62,265 bases of DNA, taken from NCBI GenBank assembly GCA_036382905.1, contig DASVPL010000251.1, positions 1-62,265 of the forward strand, given 5' to 3'. Shown one piece after another: positions 55,094-62,265 of this stretch (position 1 is its first letter; each line of letters begins with the position of its first letter). The stretch is from Thermoleophilaceae bacterium (GTDB lineage: Bacteria > Actinomycetota > Thermoleophilia > Solirubrobacterales > Thermoleophilaceae). The translations under genes and the position numbers were made by a program. The notes beneath the pieces were generated by a model, which worked only from the letters and a program-made list of their open reading frames with translations, had not been told where the DNA came from and did not search any database.

Positions 55094-56986
55094 TCACTGC
55101 TTCGACCGTAGCGCGCGAGCCCCTGCGTGACGCTCGTGCCACAGCCCGAACGACATGAGGCCCCAGAGCTGGCGGCTCAGGTCCTCGCGGCCGGAGACGT
55201 GGCGATCGAGGATCGCGGTGACGGTCGCGGGGTCGAAGAACCCCTGGCTGCGGACCGTGTCGGGGGAGAGCACCTCACGTGCGAACGGCTCGAGCTCGCC
55301 GCGCAGCCAGGCGGCCGCCGGTATCGAGAAGCCGCGCTTGCGGCCGCGGTGGATCTCGCGCGGCACGAGCGGCGCCACCGCCTTGCGCAGCAGGCGCTTC
55401 TTCTGGAGGCCGCGCACGCGCATGCGGCGTGGGAGTGCCAGGGCGAAGTCGGCCAGCGCCGTGTCTAGGAACGGCACGCGCGCCTCGAGCGAGTGCGCCA
55501 TGCTCGCGCGGTCGGTCTTCGTGAGCAGGTCGTCGGGCAGGTAGATCCCGACGTCCACGTCCTGGAGGCGCGCGATCGCCTCGGAGCCGGCGGTCTCGGC
55601 GTAGCGGGCGCGGTCCACGTCGAGCGGGTCGCGCACCCCTGTGCGCCGCGGGCCGAGCAGCTCCGCCCGCGCCTCCGGCGCGAAGATCTCCTTCCAGCCG
55701 TGGTGGCGCTCGAGCGGCGGCAGCGCGCCCGCGCGCGCGAAGCGCTTGGCCATGTAGTCGAGGCTCGTGCGCCGCGACGAGCTGGGCAGCCGCTCGACCA
55801 GCGGACGCAGCGCGGCGACTGGTCGGCCGACGACCGGCGCGATCAGGTCGGCGACGTAGGTGAAGTAGCCGCCGAACAGCTCGTCGCCGCCCTCGCCCGA
55901 GAGCGCGACCTTCACGTGCTCGGAGGCGAGCTTCGACACCAGATAGGTGGGCAGCGCCGACGAGTCCGCGAACGGCTCGTCGAAGAACTCCGCGATCTCG
56001 TGCATCAGCTCGGCGGCGTCCGGGCGCACCACCAGCTCGTGGTGCTCGGTGCCGTAGCGCTCGGCGACCAGCCGTGCCAGGTCTAGCTCGTTGAACGAGC
56101 GCTCCTCGAAGCCGATCGAGAAGGTGTTCACGCGGCCGCTCGACTCCTGCGAGGCGAGCGCGGCGAGCGCCGAGGAGTCGACCCCGCCCGAGAGCATCAC
56201 GCCGACCGGCACGTCGGCAACGAGGTGGGCGCGTACCGAGTCGCGCAGGCGCTCGCGCAGCTCCTCCGCCAACTCGTCCTCGGTGCCGCCGAGTTGCTCG
56301 CCCGCCCGCGCGGGGCCGGGGCGCGCGTAGCGCTCGACGCGCGTTGCGCCGCCCTCCCAAACGAGCAGGTGCCCGGGCGGCAGCTTGCGCGCCTCGCGGT
56401 AGATCGTGAGCGGCGCCGGGATCGAGTTGAAGGCGAGGAATGCCTCGACGGCGTCGAGGTCCACCTCCCCCGAGAGCTCGGGCTGGCGCATGAGCGCCTT
56501 GAGCTCGGAGGCGAACGAGAGCACGCCGCGGGCCGTCGCGTAGTACAGCGGCTTGATCCCGAAGCGGTCGCGAGCGAGCACGAGCCGGCGCCGGCCGGCA
56601 TCCCACAGCGCGATGGCGAACATCCCGCGCAGGTCCTCGACGAAGCGCGGCCCGCGCTCCTCGTAGAGGTGCACGAGCGCCTCGGTGTCGGAGTGGGTCG
56701 AGAACCGGTGACCGCGCTGCTCGAGCCCCGCCATCAGCTCGCGGTAGTTGTAGATCTCGCCGTTCTGGATCACGTGGACGCTGCCGTCCTCGTTCGAGAT
56801 CGGCTGGTCGCCGCCGGCGAGGTCGATGATCGACAGACGCCGCATCGCGAGCCCGACGGGACCGTCCAGCAGCATGCCGTCGCTGTCCGGCCCGCGGTGG
56901 AACAGGGCCTCGTTCATCGACTGGAGCGCGGCCGGATCGCGGCCCGTCACGCCGTCGAGCGACGCCTGGCCGCAGATGCCGCACAT
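55094..56986 (-). CDS. asnB: asparagine synthase (glutamine-hydrolysing) family amidotransferase
   Basis: The start is set at MCGICGQ (Cys2 nucleophile, ATG 56986-56984). PP-loop LSGGVDSSALA. Confidence 0.9.
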   Translation of the reverse strand: MCGICGQASLDGVTGRDPAALQSMNEALFHRGPDSDGMLLDGPVGLAMRRLSIIDLAGGDQPISNEDGSVHVIQNGEIYNYRELMAGLEQRGHRFSTHSDTEALVHLYEERGPRFVEDLRGMFAIALWDAGRRRLVLARDRFGIKPLYYATARGVLSFASELKALMRQPELSGEVDLDAVEAFLAFNSIPAPLTIYREARKLPPGHLLVWEGGATRVERYARPGPARAGEQLGGTEDELAEELRERLRDSVRAHLVADVPVGVMLSGGVDSSALAALASQESSGRVNTFSIGFEERSFNELDLARLVAERYGTEHHELVVRPDAAELMHEIAEFFDEPFADSSALPTYLVSKLASEHVKVALSGEGGDELFGGYFTYVADLIAPVVGRPVAALRPLVERLPSSSRRTSLDYMAKRFARAGALPPLERHHGWKEIFAPEARAELLGPRRTGVRDPLDVDRARYAETAGSEAIARLQDVDVGIYLPDDLLTKTDRASMAHSLEARVPFLDTALADFALALPRRMRVRGLQKKRLLRKAVAPLVPREIHRGRKRGFSIPAAAWLRGELEPFAREVLSPDTVRSQGFFDPATVTAILDRHVSGREDLSRQLWGLMSFGLWHERHAGARALRSKQ

Positions 56987-56997
56987 GGGCCCTGACT

Positions 56998-57696
56998 CTA
57001 GCTCTGGAGCGCCTTGCGCCCGGTAAACGGGCGGCTCGCGATGCGCCAGAGCGTCTCGAGCACCACGCGCATATAGAGGTGCACCGAGCGGTCCGAGATG
57101 TACTCGTAGTCGTGGGCCAGCTTCTCGGCCCAGGAGTGCTCGCGGGTGAGGCGCATCTGCGCGAACCCGGTCATCCCGGGGCGCACCACGAGGCGCTGCC
57201 AGTACTGCGGGATCTCGACGCACAGCTCCTCGAAGAACGCGGGCCGAATCGGGCGCGGGCCGACGATGCTCATGTCGCCGCGCAGCACGGTCCAGAGCTG
57301 GGGCAGCTCGTCGAGCTGCGAGGAGCGCAGCACGCGGCCGACCGCCGTGACCTCGTCCTCGGTGAGCTTCGAGAGCGTGTTGCCGAGGTAGGGGCCGAGC
57401 CGCACCTCGGCGTCCGGCACAAGCGTGCGGAACTTGTACATCGTGAAGATCCGCCCGGCCCGGCCCACGCGCCGCCCGCGGTAGAGGACCGGCTCGCCCG
57501 AGGTCAGCCGGATCGCGAGCGCGATGCTCCCGATCAGGGGGCTGGTGAGGGCGAGCGTGCCGCCCGCGATGGCCACGTCGAGGCCGCGCAGGACGGCATC
57601 CACCGGGCGCGGCTCGAGGTTGGCCTCGTGTGCCAGCCGCGCGTAGCGCTCGGCGAGCGAGCCGGGCCGTACCGCTTCCTGAGTGGCGGCCTCCAT
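56998..57696 (-). CDS. bacterial sugar transferase (monotopic PglC/WbaP C-terminal type phosphoglycosyl transferase)
   Basis: KFRTLVPDAE, DELPQLWTVLRGDMSIVGPRP, RPGMTGFAQ. Confidence 0.85.
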   Translation of the reverse strand: MEAATQEAVRPGSLAERYARLAHEANLEPRPVDAVLRGLDVAIAGGTLALTSPLIGSIALAIRLTSGEPVLYRGRRVGRAGRIFTMYKFRTLVPDAEVRLGPYLGNTLSKLTEDEVTAVGRVLRSSQLDELPQLWTVLRGDMSIVGPRPIRPAFFEELCVEIPQYWQRLVVRPGMTGFAQMRLTREHSWAEKLAHDYEYISDRSVHLYMRVVLETLWRIASRPFTGRKALQS

Positions 57697-57717
57697 CTCA
57701 AGGCGAGTGTGACCGAT

Positions 57718-58740
57718 TCAGCGGATCGCTGACGAGTCGAGCGTGCCGAGGAACATGTCCACCAGCACCTCGGGGTCGCGCCGCTGCGCCTGGCCCGCGC
57801 CGTCCTTCTTCTCGATCTCGATGGCGCGCGGGTCCGTGAGCGGGCGCAGCCGGTTCTCGCGGATCAGGGCCTCGTCCACGCCGCCGAGCCGGCCGCCGTA
57901 GGTGGTGTAGACCGGCGTGCCGAGCGCGACCGCCTCGCGGTTCATGGTGCCTCCGGCGGAGATCACGAGGTCGCCGAGCGCGATCAGGCTCTGCGCGTCG
58001 ACGGCGCCCTCGGGCACGATCACCGACGGCAGCCCGAGCTCGCGGACGTAGCTGCGCTGCGCCTCGGTGCGCGGGATGACCACCGCCTGCACGCCGTCGT
58101 GACGGCCTAGGTGGTCGAGCACCTGGGGGAAGAGCGGGTTCGACTTGCGGTGGTAGAGCGACACGTCGGGCGGCGGGCGGAAGATCACGACGACCCTGTC
58201 GCGGTCCACGCCGAGCTGGTCGAGCACGCCCGCGTCCGGCTCGAAGTCGTGCAGGTAGTACTCCTCCTTCAGCCCCGGGTACTGGACGAGCTTGTCCGGG
58301 CCGACGCCGTAGCGGGCGAGCCGCTCCGCGGGGATGCGGTCGGGGACCATCACCCGGCGCGCGAGGCGGCAGCCGACGTTGTGCTGCTGGACGGCGAACT
58401 CGTAGTCGAACGTGTTCGCGGCGGGGATGCCGAGCGTGGCGGCGGCGAGGGCGAGGTCGTTGGAGCCGTGGGCGAGGGCGAGGTCGAACCGGCGGCCCGC
58501 GCCGAAGCGGCGCATCGCGCCGGTGCGCCTGGCGAGCGCGACCGCCTTCTGCGCGCGGGCGGCGCCGCCGTGGCGGCCGAACGCGGTGTGGTCGATGCGG
58601 TGCATCTGGAGCAGCTCGAGCGTCTGCGCGTAGTCGCGCGCGGTGACCTCCACCTCGTGGCCGCGGGCGCGCAGCCGCTCGATGATCGGCCGGAACACGA
58701 GCACGTGCGCCGGCGCCGTCATGTCGATCCAGATCCGCAC
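57718..58740 (-). CDS. DUF354 domain-containing protein (GT-B-like)
   Basis: The start is set at GTG 58740 (VRIWIDMTAPAHVLVFRPIIERLRARGHEVEVTARD), a typical DUF354 N-terminus. The upstream 280 codons of supplied ORF 57718..59592 are Arg/Pro-rich and overlap the radical SAM gene. Confidence 0.7.
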   Translation of the reverse strand: MRIWIDMTAPAHVLVFRPIIERLRARGHEVEVTARDYAQTLELLQMHRIDHTAFGRHGGAARAQKAVALARRTGAMRRFGAGRRFDLALAHGSNDLALAAATLGIPAANTFDYEFAVQQHNVGCRLARRVMVPDRIPAERLARYGVGPDKLVQYPGLKEEYYLHDFEPDAGVLDQLGVDRDRVVVIFRPPPDVSLYHRKSNPLFPQVLDHLGRHDGVQAVVIPRTEAQRSYVRELGLPSVIVPEGAVDAQSLIALGDLVISAGGTMNREAVALGTPVYTTYGGRLGGVDEALIRENRLRPLTDPRAIEIEKKDGAGQAQRRDPEVLVDMFLGTLDSSAIR

Positions 58741-58751
58741 GGGACCCGACC

Positions 58752-60833
58752 CTAGAACAGGCTCGGCTGCTCGGGCGCGCGGGCGGCCTGCGCCTCCTTC
58801 GCGCGGCGCTCGGCCTCCCGCTCGACCGCCGCCTGGCGCCATTCGCGCGCGCGGCGCTCGTCGCGCTCGAGGTTGCGCCGCGTGAACTTCGAGCGCTGCC
58901 TGACGAGCGACTGGATCCGCTCCTTCTCCGGGCCCGCCAGGTAAGCGCCGCGGGCGTAGAGCTGCTCGTAGCGGTCCACGAGGTCCGGCCGGTACGAGCG
59001 CAGCCAGTCCATGAACACGTCCCGGACCTCGCCGCGCAGGTGCAGCCCGATGCCGCCGATGCTCACCGCGCCCGCCTCGGTGGCGATCTCGATGATCCTC
59101 TCCACCTGCTTGGGGTCGTCGTTGATGCCCGGCATCAGCGGCGCGATCAGGATCCCGGTGGGGATGCCGAGCCGGTTGAGCTCGGCCACCGCCTCGAGTC
59201 GCGCGCGCGGGTGCGGGGTGTGCGGCTCGCTCGCGCGCCACGCCTTCTCCTCGAGCGTCGGCACCGAGAAGCTCGCGCTGACCGGGGCGCGCTCGTTGAT
59301 CTGTACGAGCAGGTCCTTGTCGCGCAGCAGCAGCGGCGACTTGGTGAGGATCGAGCACGGGTTGGCGAAGTCGCGCATCGCCTCCCAGATGCCGGGCATG
59401 AGCTTGTAGCGGCCCTCGACCCACTGGTACGGGTCGGTGTTGGTGCCCATGGCGACGTGCTCGCCCTTCCACGACGGGCGCGCGAGCTCGCGCCGCACGA
59501 GCTCCGGCGCGTTGACCTTGACCACGATCTCCTTCTCGAAGTCGCGACCGGGATTGAGGCCGAGGAAGGTGTGGGTGGGGCGGGCGAAGCAATTGTGCGA
59601 AACGACGCCGTTCGCGATGAAGTCGCCGGTGCCGGTAGTGATGTCGTAGAGGGGCATGTAGGGCAGCCGCTCGATGGAGGCCACTCGTAGGTTCGAGAAC
59701 GTCTTGACCATCCGCCCCTGAATCGATCGCTTTCGCGTGATCGCGGGATCGGTCGTGTGGAAGAACCGGAGCGCCTCGGAGAGGCCGCCGCGAATGCGAA
59801 CGTTTCTACACCCGTTCGGCCGCGGGTCTTCGATCACGTGTTGAAAACCGAGCCGATCGAGACACGCAGCCGTCCAGTTGATGAGCTCCGGGTCGGAGTT
59901 CGCGATGCGAATGCACTGCCCGAAATGGCCCTCGGCGTCGAAGATTCCCGCGAGGAACCCCTTGCACCACGCGCGGCTCCCCGCGGCGGGCCAGTCGATC
60001 GTGTTCACGATGGTCTCGAGACGCGGGCCGCCGGTTGCTCTGATCGCGCGCATCGGCCGATAGCCGGCGGGTACCTTGAACTCGAACTCGGCCGTCTGCA
60101 CCGCCATGTCCGCGAGATAGCGTTTGGTCCTTTGCAGCGCTTCGAAGTCGGCGAGGGCGAGCCGGAATACGTTCGTACGACCCACTGGGCGGCCGATGAC
60201 TCGATGGGTGTGCCTGACGTGAGCATCGCCGCGGATGACTCCAGTCAGGTAGCCGCGACGGTAATCCTCGGAATCCTCGGGCGGCTCCGCGAACTTCCCC
60301 GTCCCGACCAGGTGGTTGTTGACGGTGAGGTGCGGCCTGTCGGCCTCTGAGCGAGAAGTGTTCGTCACGTGCTTCCAGCCGCGGTTGCTGAGAAAGCGGT
60401 GGTCACCGCTGGTCACGAGCACGGTGCCGTCCTCGAGCGTGACCCGAAAAGCCGGGCGCATCACCTTCCAGTGATCAAGCACTTCGGTGACGGCATAACG
60501 CCTGTATTGCCCTTCGCGCGCCGTCCCGTAGATTCGGTCGCCGACCCGCAAGTCGGCAAGCAGCTTTGTCCGGCCGGTCGCCATAAGCACCGGCGTCTCG
60601 CCAGCTCCGCAATACGAGCATGCGTGTGTGCATCCGCGATAGGGGTTGATCGTCCACCGGAACGGCATCCGCGAGCGCTCCGGCACGCGGTTGATCGCGG
60701 ACTTCGCGCGGATCTCGTAGAAGCGCGTCTCGAGGGCCTCGGGTGCATCGAAGGTGCGCACGGTCGCGGGATCCCTGAACCCCGGCAGCGCCCGCCGCTC
60801 CTGCTCCTCGACCTTCAGCTCGTCCCAGCGCAT
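58752..60833 (-). CDS. radical SAM protein (Rv2578c/SplB-like, COG1533 type) interrupted by an intein
   Basis: Start ATG 60833 (MRWDELKVEEQ). The N-extein ends PYRGCTHACSY and the C-extein resumes CFARPTHTFLGLNPGRDFE, so the spliced product restores C-THA-C-SY-C. The C-extein has further family blocks (AMGTNTDPYQ, ILTKSPL). Confidence 0.85.
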   Translation of the reverse strand: MRWDELKVEEQERRALPGFRDPATVRTFDAPEALETRFYEIRAKSAINRVPERSRMPFRWTINPYRGCTHACSYCGAGETPVLMATGRTKLLADLRVGDRIYGTAREGQYRRYAVTEVLDHWKVMRPAFRVTLEDGTVLVTSGDHRFLSNRGWKHVTNTSRSEADRPHLTVNNHLVGTGKFAEPPEDSEDYRRGYLTGVIRGDAHVRHTHRVIGRPVGRTNVFRLALADFEALQRTKRYLADMAVQTAEFEFKVPAGYRPMRAIRATGGPRLETIVNTIDWPAAGSRAWCKGFLAGIFDAEGHFGQCIRIANSDPELINWTAACLDRLGFQHVIEDPRPNGCRNVRIRGGLSEALRFFHTTDPAITRKRSIQGRMVKTFSNLRVASIERLPYMPLYDITTGTGDFIANGVVSHNCFARPTHTFLGLNPGRDFEKEIVVKVNAPELVRRELARPSWKGEHVAMGTNTDPYQWVEGRYKLMPGIWEAMRDFANPCSILTKSPLLLRDKDLLVQINERAPVSASFSVPTLEEKAWRASEPHTPHPRARLEAVAELNRLGIPTGILIAPLMPGINDDPKQVERIIEIATEAGAVSIGGIGLHLRGEVRDVFMDWLRSYRPDLVDRYEQLYARGAYLAGPEKERIQSLVRQRSKFTRRNLERDERRAREWRQAAVEREAERRAKEAQAARAPEQPSLF
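59592..60611 (-). mobile_element. 340-aa intein with LAGLIDADG homing-endonuclease domain
   Basis: Begins CGAGETPVLMATGR (block A). Block B is VTSGDHRFL. There are two LAGLIDADG motifs, YLTGVIRGDAHV and FLAGIFDAEGHF. It ends GVVSHN followed by the +1 Cys. The DNA is visibly less GC-rich than the flanking extein sequence. Confidence 0.85.
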
Positions 60834-60949
60834 CCGAACGTATGTTCGCACACCCGGCGGGCAAGTGGGCAATCGCTGTAGAAGCGGGTTACGAACTCGG
60901 CACGTACCAGCGCAGCGGTCCCGCCGGTGCCGTGTCCAGTACGTCTTCC

Positions 60950-60972
60950 GGTTCGTCAACTAAGGACGAACC
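60950..60972 (-). terminator. 8-bp perfect hairpin just downstream of the SSB-like gene
   Basis: GGTTCGTC, a 7-nt loop, then GACGAACC (60950-60957 and 60965-60972). No U tract. It could instead be an operator. Confidence 0.35.
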
Positions 60973-60973
60973 G

Positions 60974-61246
60974 CTAGAGCAAGTCGAGCTGGTCGATCAG
61001 GACGTGGCCTGCGTCGTCCAGCCGACCCGCCAGCCCAACCGTGCTGCCCTCGCGCAGGCGGTCGGCGCACTCCTGCGCCTCAGTGCCGAAGGTGGTCACG
61101 TCCACGTAGACGACACCCGGCTCGCGCCGACCGTGGCGTGAGCGTCGGGGGATCGCAAGGCGCATCGTGCATTGGGGCACGTCGGCGCGGCTGGTCCGTA
61201 GCTGCGGCTCCCCGACCACCTGACCGATCAGGCTCACGCTGTTCAT
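60974..61246 (-). CDS. short single-stranded DNA-binding (OB-fold) protein-like, no acidic tail
   Basis: MNSVSLIGQVVGEPQLRTS....CTMRLAIPRR......VVYVDVTTFGTEAQECADRLREGSTVGLAGRL follows the SSB N-terminal OB pattern. The protein is only 90 aa. Confidence 0.55.
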   Translation of the reverse strand: MNSVSLIGQVVGEPQLRTSRADVPQCTMRLAIPRRSRHGRREPGVVYVDVTTFGTEAQECADRLREGSTVGLAGRLDDAGHVLIDQLDLL

Positions 61247-61250
61247 GCGA

Positions 61251-61296
61251 GTAACACGATTGGGCTGTAGACCAAGGTAACACGGTTAGGCTGTAG
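61251..61296. promoter_or_regulatory. two 20-nt direct repeats (18/20 identical, 26-bp period) in the divergent SSB/XRE intergenic region
   Basis: GTAACACGATTGGGCTGTAG (61251-61270) and GTAACACGGTTAGGCTGTAG (61277-61296). Confidence 0.6.
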
Positions 61297-61304
61297 TACG
61301 TCGG

Positions 61305-61538
61305 GTGGCGCGCAAGCCGGATCGGCTGTTGGTCGGACTCGGGAAGGCGATCCGCGAGCTACGCGCCGAGCGCGGCTGGTCGCAAGAGGAACTGAGCCTC
61401 AAGACCGGCGTACACCGGAACTACATCGGCGGCATCGAGCGCGCTGAGCGCCAGCCAACAGTCGAGACCGTGGCGAAGCTGGCGGCAGCGCTGGACGTGA
61501 CCCCGGCCGACCTCTTGGCGCGCGCGGAGCGGGCCTAG
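61305..61538 (+). CDS. XRE family helix-turn-helix transcriptional regulator
   Basis: LGKAIRELRAERGWSQEELSLKTGVHRNYIGGIERAERQPTVETVAKLAAALDVTPADLL is a canonical HTH_3/Cro-C1 domain. GTG start. Confidence 0.8.
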   Translation: MARKPDRLLVGLGKAIRELRAERGWSQEELSLKTGVHRNYIGGIERAERQPTVETVAKLAAALDVTPADLLARAERA

Positions 61539-62265
61539 GGGGCGTCAGGCGGCGGCAGGTCCAAGGGCATCTGGACCTGCCTCGGGATGTGCCGGATGAC
61601 CTCGGTGACGTAGTAGTCGGTGTGCAAGGCATCGCCCTGCTGCGACTGCACGATCCGGAGGCGACATTCGAGGAAGTCGCCCTTGCGAAAGAACTCGATG
61701 CCCTTCTCCACGCGGTCCACGAAGAGCGGGTCTTCGATGTTCGCGTAGAACGTTCGCTCCCCGTCGCTGAACCGCCACTTGTTGTCCTTGATGAAGGCGA
61801 CGGACGCGATAGCGAGGACCATTTCGCTTTCGCGCTCCAAGAGCGGCACGTCGATGTCCTCGGGAGGCTCGAACGACGTCACGTCTGACGATGAGATGCT
61901 GACCGTGATGTCTTCCTCCGTGCGGAGTTCGAGCCTTTCTACGCCCCGACGGTTCAATGGCTCGACTACCTGTCGCGCCCGCTTGCGCACCTGGACGTTT
62001 CTGTAGAGGTCAAAAACCTCGGTAGGAACTTCAAGCGTCTCACCGTCCTCTAGCGTCAGCCTGACGTTGCCGCGCTCGACCTGTTCTTGGCCTTTGATGA
62101 GCCGGCGCTTGACCATCCGGATGAAGGCGAACAGCCCGTAGGTGCCGCCGACGATCTGCATGAGGTTGGCGAGAGCGTCCGCCGCGTCCTTGTTCAGCAG
62201 GTCCACTACCGAATCCCAAAGGCCCGCAGCCTCAAGGATCAACTGGACCTCGAACGAGCCCTCAG
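61535..62265 (-). CDS. hypothetical protein, probably N-terminally truncated by the window edge
   Basis: The supplied ORF starts at TTG 62242, but the frame stays open to 62265 (..EGSFEVQ upstream). Composition is normal and GC is lower than the rest of the window. No family recognised. Its stop overlaps the XRE stop at CTAG. Confidence 0.5.
   Translation of the reverse strand, partial: EGSFEVQLILEAAGLWDSVVDLLNKDAADALANLMQIVGGTYGLFAFIRMVKRRLIKGQEQVERGNVRLTLEDGETLEVPTEVFDLYRNVQVRKRARQVVEPLNRRGVERLELRTEEDITVSISSSDVTSFEPPEDIDVPLLERESEMVLAIASVAFIKDNKWRFSDGERTFYANIEDPLFVDRVEKGIEFFRKGDFLECRLRIVQSQQGDALHTDYYVTEVIRHIPRQVQMPLDLPPPDAP

Noticed and set aside
57718-59592. Single 624-aa ORF as listed in the track.
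   Set aside because: The N-terminal ~280 codons are Arg/Pro-rich and overlap the C-extein of the radical SAM gene in another frame. The DUF354 domain begins exactly at the internal GTG 58740 (VRIWIDM...).

Overview
High-GC (by eye about 70% or more) Actinomycetota-type chromosomal segment. It is densely coding: I support about 62 CDS, and I saw no rRNA, tRNA, CRISPR array, transposase or integrase. Most supplied long ORFs that are Arg/Ala/Pro/Gly-rich are wrong-frame or antisense shadows typical of high-GC DNA.

Content from left to right:
- A truncated RTX-like secreted protein and an orphan pilT.
- A molybdopterin oxidoreductase lacking the usual N-terminal Fe-S cysteines, with a coupled small protein.
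- An AIM24-family protein and an HxlR regulator.
- A 660-aa protein with in-frame tandem repeats.
- A divergent unit of two ArsA/Get3-like ATPases facing a ParA-like ATPase that overlaps ftsZ, which seems to carry a long N-terminal extension.
- ggt, a Lon-N-domain protein and an internally triplicated unknown protein.
- Photolyase, then a methylglucose-lipopolysaccharide-like cluster (two methyltransferases, GH57, GT4, MMPL, hexapeptide acyltransferase).
- A dispersed short-chain acyl-CoA set: meaB, acyl-CoA dehydrogenase, thiolase, split methylmalonyl-CoA mutase, etfBA.
- A small glycan module: RmlC-like cupin, GT2 and an ABC-2 exporter.
- The conserved block gpsA, rpmE, DUF1385, prfA, prmC, tsaC, (HD-GYP), glyA.
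- A FetAB-like ABC pair.
- A minus-strand envelope-glycan operon: WecA-like, AsnB, PglC-like sugar transferase, DUF354.
- A radical SAM gene whose CxxxCxxC motif is split by a 340-aa LAGLIDADG intein.
- A lower-GC right edge with a short SSB-like gene, an XRE regulator with tandem operator-like repeats, and an unknown gene running off the window.

No single obviously new system stands out. The best candidates for follow-up are the ArsA-pair/ParA/FtsZ unit, the triplicated-domain protein, the MGLP-like cluster and the right-edge SSB/XRE/unknown module.

All calls come from motif recognition by eye. No database search was run.
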